A stretch of DNA of 64,000 nucleotides, taken from the IMG/VR virus record IMGVR_UViG_3300029305_003192. One strand, written 5' to 3'. The notes beneath the pieces are model-generated. The model did no database searches. It worked only from the letters and a program-made list of their open reading frames with translations, and had not been told where the DNA came from. The DNA is from a virus (lineage: Duplodnaviria; Caudoviricetes). The position numbers and the translations under genes were made by a program. Below, piece after piece: positions 11,016 through 20,505 of the stretch (position 1 is its first letter; each line of letters starts with the position of its first letter).

Positions 11016-11366
11016 TTAAGTTGCACCACATGTTGGACATGCGGTAGCACCGTCAGGCACGCCGTTATGACAGAATGGGCACGGTGTGAACTGAAGAACT
11101 GTCTGTCTACAGTACTCTCCAGTATCCTTATTGTAATGCATAGCCACGAGGGTTATACCTCTGAAGTTGCAGACTGTAACCACTGCAAGCATCGCAGGTG
11201 TTAGACCAGTGACATACACCTTCAGATACCTGGCATTGCTGGGTATGGCATTGTTCGCAGTCTCTATCAGGGACTGAAAGTCCATTGGGTCGATACCCTC
11301 TGGGAATATAGTGTCCTTTGCTGGTGTTTCATGCCTACCGGCACAAAGTGTAAATTCGTAATTCAT
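11016..11366 (-). CDS. small alpha/beta protein with C-terminal zinc ribbon
   Basis: GRHE, VYVTGLT and HYN..TGEY motifs followed by CPFC..CPTC; AGGAGG RBS. Confidence 0.7.
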   Translation of the reverse strand: MNYEFTLCAGRHETPAKDTIFPEGIDPMDFQSLIETANNAIPSNARYLKVYVTGLTPAMLAVVTVCNFRGITLVAMHYNKDTGEYCRQTVLQFTPCPFCHNGVPDGATACPTCGAT

Positions 11367-11378
11367 AATGATTACCTC

Positions 11379-12170
11379 CTATCTGACTCTATATAATTTA
11401 TGACGCATATGGGCCGAATGCTGCCTTAAGAATTCCTTCTCAAGTTGGCTATTTATCCTAAGACATGAGTCATTAATCACATCAGAGTTAAATAATTCGT
11501 CCGCCACCGTCGCATAATATGGACGTCCTCGATACATATCATACGGGCCATATTTGTCATACATGCCAAATGATGCACATATGCGTCTAAATAATATGAA
11601 TGCAGATACGTCATCTCGAAGATCGTAGGTAGTGAACACTTCATACAATGATTTAGCAATAAGCTTCTCACCTTTACCTACAAGGTCACGGCAGTCTTTC
11701 TTCATGCATAATTCATGATGTCTGAATCTACATATCAGTTGCATCCAAGTATACGCAAATGGTCTATATCCAGAATATAATGCAGAGCACGGGCCGCTGC
11801 TATATCCATCGAATAATACCCTAAACGACTTGGAATTGGGTGCCCTGAGTTTAGAAATTTTACTGGGATGCTTATTACCGACTATATGCCTTGCTGTTTC
11901 TTGACAACGGTGTATGATCTGCCCAATCTCATCATACGTCATTCCGTCACGATATCTGTACAGTATACAGTGAACCTCTCGTTCTGATAATAATGCGAGC
12001 CAGTTGATAACCGATTCACGTTTAATATTAGGAAGTATATGCTCCCTAATCACATTAACGTCGTATGCCCATGCTGCGGCAATAACACCGCTTATCCAGG
12101 AGATATCATCTCCTACAAGATTATCAATCTCGTCGATCGGCATTTTCTTTGTTAAACTTAAATCTTTCAT
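11379..12170 (-). CDS. sigma-70 region 4-like HTH protein
   Basis: LSEREVHCILYRYRDGMTYDEIGQIIHRCQETARHI fits the sigma4 HTH pattern; regions 2-3 not recognisable. Confidence 0.65.
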   Translation of the reverse strand: MKDLSLTKKMPIDEIDNLVGDDISWISGVIAAAWAYDVNVIREHILPNIKRESVINWLALLSEREVHCILYRYRDGMTYDEIGQIIHRCQETARHIVGNKHPSKISKLRAPNSKSFRVLFDGYSSGPCSALYSGYRPFAYTWMQLICRFRHHELCMKKDCRDLVGKGEKLIAKSLYEVFTTYDLRDDVSAFILFRRICASFGMYDKYGPYDMYRGRPYYATVADELFNSDVINDSCLRINSQLEKEFLRQHSAHMRHKLYRVR

Positions 12171-12225
12171 TTTTTATTTCCTCCGTTTATATGTATTACT
12201 GATACTCCTACATATCAGCAATAAT

Positions 12226-12235
12226 ATGATATATA
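12226..12235 (-). promoter_or_regulatory. putative early promoter TATATATCAT
   Basis: Exact motif upstream of the sigma4-like gene. Confidence 0.7.
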
Positions 12236-12385
12236 CTTTCTAGGCACTTTTAAAGGCAACAATAATAATAATGGGTTGTAGGACATGTCACAGGCCTGCG
12301 CGGCAACCCTCTTATTTCCTTTTCTATTGTACCACGGAGCCCCACCCTAGCGGGACCCGTGGTACTTAGTTATATAAGCACAAAT

Positions 12386-12416
12386 ATCCCGAGTAAGCAT
12401 TTAGCTTACTCGGGAT
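12386..12416. terminator. intrinsic terminator-like hairpin
   Basis: ATCCCGAGTAAGC/GCTTACTCGGGAT 13-bp stem downstream of the 1142-aa gene. Confidence 0.7.
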
Positions 12417-12426
12417 TTAAAGTGTC

Positions 12427-15400
12427 TTATGGGACCATGTAACCGCCAGTTAATTCGATATCTTCAGAGTCTTCCCAGTCTGCATTATATGTCAAACTAG
12501 AATGTTCCAAGGCTTCGATATTCTGGGTCTTAATAATATCATCGAATATTTCCTTCGTACGAATCTCTGCCTTGAGTTTATCGTAATTCTTAATCATACC
12601 ATTACATACGAAGAATGTACCGCGTAAATCTGCAAGACTACCTGGGCTATACAGGCTTGGGTCTCTATCGAGAATACCCTGCTTACCAGAGTTAATTACG
12701 AGAGCAACAAACTGAGAGCAGAAGAGATTCTCTGGATCAGTCTTAGGGTTATTGAAGATATAGTTGATGAGTCCTCCTACATTGTAACGGTACTTCTCAC
12801 GATGAGCGAAGATGTTATCAACTGTATTCTTCACTGCCTTTATCTGAGACTCCTCAAAGAACATGACGTGGAGTGCATACTCAGTGCTTGGAGGATATGA
12901 GAAATGATTTGCCTTTGGATTGAACGATTCAATACCTGCACCGAATCCTCGGGCATTAATGATACCTTTCTTGACAACCTTATTACCAAACGTGAAGCAC
13001 TCACCCATACTTGGGTCAAATGAGATGAACGAATGTGACCAGTTCTCCTTAGTAAAACTACGAATAACTGTACCAAGTGGTGAGATATTCTTCATAAGTC
13101 CTATATAAAGCGGATAATATCTCTTGCCCTGATAGGACTGCCATAAGCGGTCGTTAAACTTAATGGGTTCATATACAAACTCGGGCATTGCTGACTCCTT
13201 TGCTACTATTCCAGAATAGGGCACGTTTGGAGCCCAGCCTGTCATTACCGAATCCTCGGCAGGTTTATAATATTTACCGAATCGATTATTCTCGCCAATA
13301 TTGATATCAGTAATACCGAACTCGGTAATCTTAGCATTGATTGCATCTGCAAGTTCCTTCTCTCTGTCCTCATTGACATAATTAAAGAACTTGATAGCAA
13401 GCATAACATGCTCAGCATCTGGCATTGGGTACTTCTTTATATCAGGAAGTCCAAAATCAGTACGTTCCTTAGAAGTTAATGCAGACTCAAGTGCAAGAAG
13501 ATATCCTTTATCGTTATCATGGGTTGCATATTTAGCATTAATTCCCTTGTCAGTTATAGGCTTAAATCCATATTTAGTATACATCTTATGTGCTACTTCG
13601 TTATCACTGTCGACTCTAAGAGCATTGCCCTTCATAGTCTTAACCGCGAAATTGAGTAACTGACTGCCAAGACCATAACCCTGGTACTCTGGACGAATTT
13701 CGAGGGTTGAAATCCAGTTATAATCTGGGTCTTTAAAGCTCACACAAGCATCACCAACGAGTTTATCGCCATCTAACCAGATACGGGAATCATGGGTTTC
13801 ATCTGCCGGCCATGCGTGCTTAAGCATTTTAGATTCTGCTTCATATTTCTTAAGCAGTGCCGGTGTCATCTTAAGACACGTGAAATCGGACAACGACTTC
13901 TTACCTTTAGATGTATAATCTTTAGATATGTTAGATTTCATTGATGATTCAGTAGCCGGCTGTGGTACATGCTCAAATACACTAGCTTCTTCAACTTCGT
14001 CCGCATGGAAGATATCCCATATTACAGATGATGCTGATGATTCAAGTGCTGTGGACTTCTCAGCATTGGTACGCATAAACTTTCTTAACTTATCAAGATT
14101 GTGATCATCCTGTGCATACCACGCCTTCATCTCGGCACGCTGTTGTTCGTCGTAGACATTGGCCTCGCGAATAGTCATACGTTTTAACGAAGTATGTTTT
14201 GACGTACCCTTAATAATCATAGGCTTGTCCTTGAGATATTCATGATCTATTCTCGCTGAGATATGAATGCCTTCCCATATAAATAACAACTCAGGTCTCT
14301 TGGTACAGTAATCAAGAAGCCAATTAAATGCACTATTGAACTTTGCGCGTTTTGTATCAAAAGAATCATCTTTCTCATAAACGCATCCTGTTTCAGCATA
14401 CATCTTACGGAATATCTGACTGACATTTTTCTGATATCCATTAGGATTCCATTTCTCATCCTGACCAAATTCACGTGTTATACGGTCGAGTTCAATATAG
14501 AACGCATCGTGAGATTTCGAAAGTTCTTCACCAAGGGTGGATTTACCAGAACCGGAAAGACCTGTGATATAGAGAATATTCTGACCTTTCTTTCTCTGCC
14601 ACTTATCGATATTGAAGTACTCGTCCTTATGATTGATAAATGCTGACTCAGTAGCAGGAGCCATACGATACATTACTTCAGTCCTACCCATATACTCATC
14701 AGTAATCTGAAGCCCATATTTCTCATACATACCAATGGCCGGAGTATTTGATTTGCGTACTTCAAGATACTTACCTCCGAGATTATTAATGGCGTAATCC
14801 AAAAGCATCGTTCCATATCCCTTACGACGTTCATTTTCATCAACCACAAGAAGTTCAATACAACCCGTATCCTGTGATATACTGAAGAAGCCTACGGGAT
14901 ATGATTTACCATCATAAAGACCGTAGCATGATATTTTGCTGAATGCCTTTGGGTTGGCTTTAAATCGTAAAAGATATGCGTCTCGCGTCATGCTAAGTGT
15001 TGATGAATCAGGAATCTTTTCGATGTCGGATTTGGTCATTGGTTTTATCTTAATACTACCAGATGCCGCTTCGGTAGCCGGAAGAAGTTCCATCTCAACT
15101 CGCTTAACCATATCATCATCTATAGCCAGCTTGCACTCAAGAAGGAATCTATAGAAGTCCTGATATTCCTTATTAACCACCTTGAAGTAGTTAACCTTAG
15201 GATTCTTAATCATTACTTCGTCCTTAACCTTTTCGGTCTTTCTGTCATATTCGACAATATGTGTGGCATGACTCTCGTTATCACCGCCATCCTTAATCTC
15301 TATCTCAAGATTGAGGTCTGGGATATAGAAGTCAGGAATATAGAAGTGCTGCTTACCTTCATACATGTATGTGTAAGTATGAGGGGATGGTCCCATAATA

Positions 15401-15855
15401 TCCTTCGACTTGAGTCCGAGTACGAACTCACATGTCATAAGGAAATCCTTCTCATAAGATGAGAGGTATAATACAGAACCACCATCTCTGAATTTATACG
15501 GCTTGCTCTTAGAAGCAAGCATTTTTCTCTGCTGGTCTGGGTCATTTAAGAGGTGTGGTACACCATATTTATCGACCATTCTCTTCTTTGCCTCAGCACA
15601 GTATTTCTTTTTGCAATTAGGGTCCGAGCAGTACCTGGAGTATTTACCAGTAGTCTCATTCCATTCAGTTGGTTTATGACACTGCACACATGAACCATGT
15701 GTCTTTCCAGTGTCCACATAATAAAAATAACGAGCAACTGAATATCCATCCGGAATTGTATCCGGATGGAGTCTTTCAATATGCTCACCCCAGCCTGAGA
15801 GAGATTTGAATCTCATACCACAGACAGGGCATTTATATACACTAACCTTTCTCAT
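12427..15855 (-). CDS. multidomain virion polyprotein: Zn-finger/TnsA-like (T4 gp4-like) nuclease, GNAT, P-loop kinase, GNAT, small helical domain, permuted papain-like (NlpC/P60, YiiX-like) domain
   Basis: CPVC..H..H; YIPDFYIPDLNLEIEIKD (PD-ExK); ERRKGYGTMLL and EYQGYGLGSQLL acetyl-CoA motifs; ITGLSGSGKST; KYPMPDAEHV; WSHS...YRYN...FCSQFVA. Confidence 0.8.
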   Translation of the reverse strand: MRKVSVYKCPVCGMRFKSLSGWGEHIERLHPDTIPDGYSVARYFYYVDTGKTHGSCVQCHKPTEWNETTGKYSRYCSDPNCKKKYCAEAKKRMVDKYGVPHLLNDPDQQRKMLASKSKPYKFRDGGSVLYLSSYEKDFLMTCEFVLGLKSKDIMGPSPHTYTYMYEGKQHFYIPDFYIPDLNLEIEIKDGGDNESHATHIVEYDRKTEKVKDEVMIKNPKVNYFKVVNKEYQDFYRFLLECKLAIDDDMVKRVEMELLPATEAASGSIKIKPMTKSDIEKIPDSSTLSMTRDAYLLRFKANPKAFSKISCYGLYDGKSYPVGFFSISQDTGCIELLVVDENERRKGYGTMLLDYAINNLGGKYLEVRKSNTPAIGMYEKYGLQITDEYMGRTEVMYRMAPATESAFINHKDEYFNIDKWQRKKGQNILYITGLSGSGKSTLGEELSKSHDAFYIELDRITREFGQDEKWNPNGYQKNVSQIFRKMYAETGCVYEKDDSFDTKRAKFNSAFNWLLDYCTKRPELLFIWEGIHISARIDHEYLKDKPMIIKGTSKHTSLKRMTIREANVYDEQQRAEMKAWYAQDDHNLDKLRKFMRTNAEKSTALESSASSVIWDIFHADEVEEASVFEHVPQPATESSMKSNISKDYTSKGKKSLSDFTCLKMTPALLKKYEAESKMLKHAWPADETHDSRIWLDGDKLVGDACVSFKDPDYNWISTLEIRPEYQGYGLGSQLLNFAVKTMKGNALRVDSDNEVAHKMYTKYGFKPITDKGINAKYATHDNDKGYLLALESALTSKERTDFGLPDIKKYPMPDAEHVMLAIKFFNYVNEDREKELADAINAKITEFGITDINIGENNRFGKYYKPAEDSVMTGWAPNVPYSGIVAKESAMPEFVYEPIKFNDRLWQSYQGKRYYPLYIGLMKNISPLGTVIRSFTKENWSHSFISFDPSMGECFTFGNKVVKKGIINARGFGAGIESFNPKANHFSYPPSTEYALHVMFFEESQIKAVKNTVDNIFAHREKYRYNVGGLINYIFNNPKTDPENLFCSQFVALVINSGKQGILDRDPSLYSPGSLADLRGTFFVCNGMIKNYDKLKAEIRTKEIFDDIIKTQNIEALEHSSLTYNADWEDSEDIELTGGYMVP

Positions 15856-15875
15856 AGGTCAATCTCTCCTATCAG

Positions 15876-17189
15876 TTAGAATTTTGCATTGATACGTCCG
15901 AGCTTAGGTGCAGCAGCTGCATTAACATCGAGATAATCGCTCTTCTTATAATTTGTCTTGGCAACAGTATTTGACACCGTCTTAGCCGCATTGGCTATAC
16001 CCCTACCAGCATTCTGGGCTTTACGTTTAACGCCCTTTCTGAATCCGAGCTCAAGTTTATCCTCATCATTAGTAAGATTACGGTCAACTGCATGCTCCTT
16101 AAACTTTCTAAGAAGTTTCTTATCCTCAACATCACTCGCTCCACCAAGGCACGCCTTAACTACCATACGGCAATTAACAAGCTGCTCCGTATATGATGAT
16201 ACAAGGAAGTTTACCATAGTAGAGAAGAAGTTGAGACTCTTAGTCATATTGAGAATCGATGTTGCGGAACCCTTCTCTGCAGTCTGCTGGGAGTTATTAG
16301 TAATGCTCTCAATATCACTCTTCATCTTATCCTGATACATCTTGAGTCTGTCGATGAAGTGATGACAGTTCTGTATACGGGTATTGAAGTTCATGATGAA
16401 CTTAGAGCAGTTATTATACAGCTGCTGGTCAAGCACCATCTCAACACTACCCTCACCTTTAGGAGCATTCTCGTTGTTATCAACAGATGCTGATATCTGC
16501 ATACCTCGATGCTTCTGTTGAATGGCTTTGATTAGATGAGAGAACGTTTCGACTTTACCAAATTCAGAACCAAGAACTCTAGCCACTTCCTTCGCAGTGT
16601 TAGCATGTACTGGCTTCTTCTTATATTCGTCCATCTTGGTATTATATTCCTCAGCGGACATCTGACCATTAATGGACTTACGATAGAGACCGATACAAGC
16701 AGTGAGGTCGTTGGTATATTCATTATATACCCTATCAAGTGCCTGCACCGCCTTATTAAGAATATCAAAGTTGTATCTTCGATTCTTCTTAACCAAGTCG
16801 AATCGGGGTTTATACTTCTTCTGAAGCTCCTTGATTTCTCTGTCATATGCAAGCTTTGACTGAGAAATATACTGAAGCTTACCCTTGATATTAGTGATGA
16901 CCTTCATTACCATATCCTGGAGGAACTGGAATATCTTCTTTATCTTCTCGATAAGATTGAAGTCTTTCTTCTCATTAGCTTCTCCAGATGCAGTGGGTTT
17001 AGCTTCATTCTTATTATCAGTAGTATTTGGTGCAGTGGTAGATGTATTGGTCGTAGATGCATTAGACGGGGTACCAGTCTGACCAGCTTCTTCCATTGCA
17101 GGACTCATTGGAATATCGTTAATGATTGCGTCCAATAAGTCATTATTGAAACGGTAGCTTTCAATAGCTTCCGATAATATAGCATTCAT
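15876..17189 (-). CDS. putative internal head/virion protein with cleavable N-terminal propeptide
   Basis: N-terminal AIES/PAMEE motifs followed by a Thr/Asn-rich linker and helical body; preceded by AACA-N6-TA. Confidence 0.55.
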   Translation of the reverse strand: MNAILSEAIESYRFNNDLLDAIINDIPMSPAMEEAGQTGTPSNASTTNTSTTAPNTTDNKNEAKPTASGEANEKKDFNLIEKIKKIFQFLQDMVMKVITNIKGKLQYISQSKLAYDREIKELQKKYKPRFDLVKKNRRYNFDILNKAVQALDRVYNEYTNDLTACIGLYRKSINGQMSAEEYNTKMDEYKKKPVHANTAKEVARVLGSEFGKVETFSHLIKAIQQKHRGMQISASVDNNENAPKGEGSVEMVLDQQLYNNCSKFIMNFNTRIQNCHHFIDRLKMYQDKMKSDIESITNNSQQTAEKGSATSILNMTKSLNFFSTMVNFLVSSYTEQLVNCRMVVKACLGGASDVEDKKLLRKFKEHAVDRNLTNDEDKLELGFRKGVKRKAQNAGRGIANAAKTVSNTVAKTNYKKSDYLDVNAAAAPKLGRINAKF

Positions 17190-17217
17190 ATCGCTTATTC
17201 CTTTCGATAAAAAATAT

Positions 17218-17229
17218 TAATGGTTTGTT
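17218..17229 (-). promoter_or_regulatory. putative late promoter AACA-N6-TA
   Basis: AACAaaccatTA upstream of the virion protein/polyprotein operon. Confidence 0.55.
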
Positions 17230-17279
17230 ACGGGGAATAAATATGAGGGTTACCCATTGTAGGGTAACCCTCATTACTA

Positions 17280-17819
17280 TTATAAACGAGTTTCTATCAT
17301 AAGCTGTATGCTATATGTACTATTACCAGGATGAACCAGTATGTCAACTGGACGATGGTCTGGGTCGGCTTCTTTACCTTTATACAGATTAGCATTTATG
17401 ATAAGGAGTCTTTCGAACTTACTCAGATCAACTCTAGTATCATTCTTCATACGGTTGACGTACTCAATGACCGCTCTCGAGCCGAAATGTAGAACCGTAT
17501 CAACATATGCGTCTCTACCATCACGGTAATCATCATAATCAATTTCTCGACCAGAAGCTTTAGCTTTGCTATCAACCCTGCGATTATGATCGATGATTGC
17601 AGTCAGATGATGTAGTAAATATACGAGCACTGCATGTGAGTTGATATTTTCAGGATTACCTATAAATTCTGGAAGACAAATGTCCGTACCTTCGGATATA
17701 TCTGAGCTATTAACGAAGAAGTCGGAATAGCTATAGATATCTTTCGTGATGATTCTATGCTTAATAGCATCATCATTATCAGTATCTGATGAAATAGTAA
17801 ATCTTATATCGTCTGTCAT
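17280..17819 (-). CDS. hypothetical protein (179 aa)
   Basis: Start overlaps the stop of the RNAP beta-C gene (translational coupling). Confidence 0.7.
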   Translation of the reverse strand: MTDDIRFTISSDTDNDDAIKHRIITKDIYSYSDFFVNSSDISEGTDICLPEFIGNPENINSHAVLVYLLHHLTAIIDHNRRVDSKAKASGREIDYDDYRDGRDAYVDTVLHFGSRAVIEYVNRMKNDTRVDLSKFERLLIINANLYKGKEADPDHRPVDILVHPGNSTYSIQLMIETRL

Positions 17820-20227
17820 TACTTCTTATCCTCCTTCTCCGACACTGTAATCATATCCTGATACTGTCCATAGATAGCATCGCGAACACAGCGTACGATG
17901 TATGATGGAATCTCAAGGAACTTGAAATCTTCAGAGTTCTTGATATCCTTAAAGATAGCTGGGTCACCTGGTGTTGCACCGTCTCTGAGAGCACGGGTGT
18001 ATCTGTCAACCAGGAATACATAGTATTTACGGTTAATCGGCGTATCGATAAAGGTATAGCCATACACCTTTATGAACTGACGGATATTCGCAATTTCATC
18101 TTCTCTTAATGAAAGATTGGTCACGAATTTATATCCGATACCCATAACCTTAAGACGAGCCTTGAGTGCAAGTACGTTATCGTTAACGTAGTTACTCTTA
18201 ATCTTAAATGAACCAATATTCATTGGGTCACCTGTAGCACTGATAATCTTACCAAGTGCCTTACGTCCAAGTACAGATGTACGTGTCCATACATTATGCT
18301 CTGCGAGTACTACTGGAGCAATCTGTGTCTGAAGGTCAGCGATTTCTGAAATACATACAGGTGTATTACTATTACATATACGATTCTCCTTCTTATCAGA
18401 TGACTTAGTAGGTAAACCCGCCTTAGATGTAGTACCAGTTGAACGTGCAGAGAAGTTCTTGTTGGATGTCTGCTTGAGCAGGAACATGTACTTGTATCCG
18501 ACAACCATCTTCTTCATGAGAGGTTTCTTCATTCCGAAGATGTTTACATAGAGCTGGTATGGCTCTACAATATCGGCATAGATCTTATAGAGTTTCTGGA
18601 ACGCGTCGAATCTGAGCTGAGCTGCAGGAGACTTAATGAAATAGTATCCATCTCTCTCAACGGATTCGACAATCTTACGCTTGATTTCCTTATCTTCAAC
18701 GTATGTGTCACCATCAACTCTTACCCTGAACTGGTGTAAGAATACCTTACACTGTTCGGCGTTGATATAGCCAATGAATCTGAGAATTTCGTCCATCTTA
18801 GTGTCAACATTATCAAGTGTAGTAATCCACTTACGGTGACATTCGGCAAGGAAGTTGAGGTCAACTTCATACAACTGGTCGGTATTCTCACGACGGAACG
18901 CACCTGTAGCATTGAGCACAATATCAAGTGGTGTACCGTCTTCCATGTAGTACATACTTTCATCATCAACGATGTCAATATGTGTGTTATTGAGATTGCT
19001 TACATCGATACCGAGGGACTCGACCAGAAGACTTGTGAATGTATCGAATTCTTCCTTGTCGATTTCCTCGTTAGGACCTCCATCACCGATAACCTTGGAA
19101 ACTACACCTTTATCACCATAACGTCCTACGAACTTACAACCTTCCTTAGGGAAGCAGGTTGTTTTTGTCTTGAAGACCAATACGATGTTAGAGAAGGGCT
19201 TGTCTCTCATTTTCCATTTCTTCGTTGGGTCATTATATCTATCGAAACGCTTACGCTGGAATGTGACATTATCTGTGTAGCGAGAACCACTCTGCTTAAT
19301 CTTAGTAGCAGCTTCGAACACCCTATCAGCGTATGTGCAGCAATATTCATAGTATTTAATGAGCTGTGCGTTATAAATTGTGTCTGGGATGGGTTCATCC
19401 CCATTATAGTACACATCGATGTCATATACTACTGTGCCGAGCTTGGTACAGTATTTATTGTCAGTATTGCAGATATCATGAACGTTCTTCTCACGGAAGT
19501 CATATGTTGCATACATGGAGTTATATCTTCTGGTAGCACAAAGAATCTCAACGTCATTGATTACTTCACCTACGTCAGGGAAGGATTTATCTCCATGAAT
19601 AAAGAGGAGAATATCGTTGTCGTTGATAGATACTGTAGTCTGTCCTACTTCAACATATCCAAAGTCCTTAAGATATCCGCGACGGATTTTGATACCGTCT
19701 TCATATGTCGCTACGTCGTTACTGTATGCGACTAAAGCATTCTTACCAAGACGATAGTTCATATGTTCATCATATGATGTAGACTTGAAGAGAATTGGGT
19801 CGGTTGTCTTATCGCCAACATTGAGGCTATCCATGCCTTCAGTATTATACTGATAGCCAAAGCTCTCTGCAATGTATCTAGCCTGCTGCTTCTCAATCAT
19901 ATCATATGTATCAGTCTCAGCGTTGTAGAGAATGAGCATATATACATTATCGTCTCCGAATTTTTGAATTTTGTCAACTACTTCCCATTCGCCTTTGAGT
20001 TCTTTATAGGCGTGAGAGTATTTACCAAATGCACGTTCATGTCCTGTCTGAACACGTGCGATGTCTGGATTAAGAAGTGTCACGTACTGCTTCTGGTTCT
20101 GAGTAGCCATGAAGAGACGTGAGCCGTTGGAGCCACCTGGGTACAAGATAGAACTTGGACCATAGCAATGCTCCATATTACTTATGCGGTGATTAACTTC
20201 CTCGTATACGCTTTTATCATATCCCAT
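17819..20227 (-). CDS. phage RNA polymerase beta subunit, C-terminal part (probably non-virion RNAP)
   Basis: SRLFMATQNQKQ, YEDGI, GCKFVGRYGDKGVVS (cf. GDKMAGRHGNKGV), DGTPLDIVLNATGAFRREN, GYKYMFLLKQTSNKNFSARSTG. Confidence 0.92.
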   Translation of the reverse strand: MGYDKSVYEEVNHRISNMEHCYGPSSILYPGGSNGSRLFMATQNQKQYVTLLNPDIARVQTGHERAFGKYSHAYKELKGEWEVVDKIQKFGDDNVYMLILYNAETDTYDMIEKQQARYIAESFGYQYNTEGMDSLNVGDKTTDPILFKSTSYDEHMNYRLGKNALVAYSNDVATYEDGIKIRRGYLKDFGYVEVGQTTVSINDNDILLFIHGDKSFPDVGEVINDVEILCATRRYNSMYATYDFREKNVHDICNTDNKYCTKLGTVVYDIDVYYNGDEPIPDTIYNAQLIKYYEYCCTYADRVFEAATKIKQSGSRYTDNVTFQRKRFDRYNDPTKKWKMRDKPFSNIVLVFKTKTTCFPKEGCKFVGRYGDKGVVSKVIGDGGPNEEIDKEEFDTFTSLLVESLGIDVSNLNNTHIDIVDDESMYYMEDGTPLDIVLNATGAFRRENTDQLYEVDLNFLAECHRKWITTLDNVDTKMDEILRFIGYINAEQCKVFLHQFRVRVDGDTYVEDKEIKRKIVESVERDGYYFIKSPAAQLRFDAFQKLYKIYADIVEPYQLYVNIFGMKKPLMKKMVVGYKYMFLLKQTSNKNFSARSTGTTSKAGLPTKSSDKKENRICNSNTPVCISEIADLQTQIAPVVLAEHNVWTRTSVLGRKALGKIISATGDPMNIGSFKIKSNYVNDNVLALKARLKVMGIGYKFVTNLSLREDEIANIRQFIKVYGYTFIDTPINRKYYVFLVDRYTRALRDGATPGDPAIFKDIKNSEDFKFLEIPSYIVRCVRDAIYGQYQDMITVSEKEDKK

Positions 20228-20257
20228 GATCCTTTTACCTCCTAGAAATTTAAGTCA

Positions 20258-20434
20258 TCATTTAGCAACGAACTTGTTGCAATTAGATATTGCTCCAGAG
20301 CAATTCATACACTTGCTAACGGGGCAATTCTTATCTTTTCCAGTAGGTCCATGGTCACACTGCATACACTTGCAAGTTGCACACGTGCCAGGGTCATTAA
20401 TTCCTCCCATGAGGAGGTTAGCAATAATACCCAT
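20258..20434 (-). CDS. small Cys-rich protein (58 aa, 8 Cys), missing from the ORF track
   Basis: Hand translation MGIIANLLMGGINDPGTCATCKCMQCDHGPTGKDKNCPVSKCMNCSGAISNCNKFVAK; strong AAGGAGG RBS; fills the gap before beta-C. Confidence 0.7.
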   Translation of the reverse strand: MGIIANLLMGGINDPGTCATCKCMQCDHGPTGKDKNCPVSKCMNCSGAISNCNKFVAK

Positions 20435-20505
20435 AATTCTTATTCCTCCTTTAATAAAAGTTAAACGACCTAATCGTTATGATTAGGTCGTTTTAAGCGT
20501 ATAAA

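Noticed and set aside
18836-19735. 299-aa plus-strand ORF and the many other antisense or nested ORFs in the track
   Set aside because: They lie opposite or inside well-supported genes, lack RBSs and are expected shadows of codon bias
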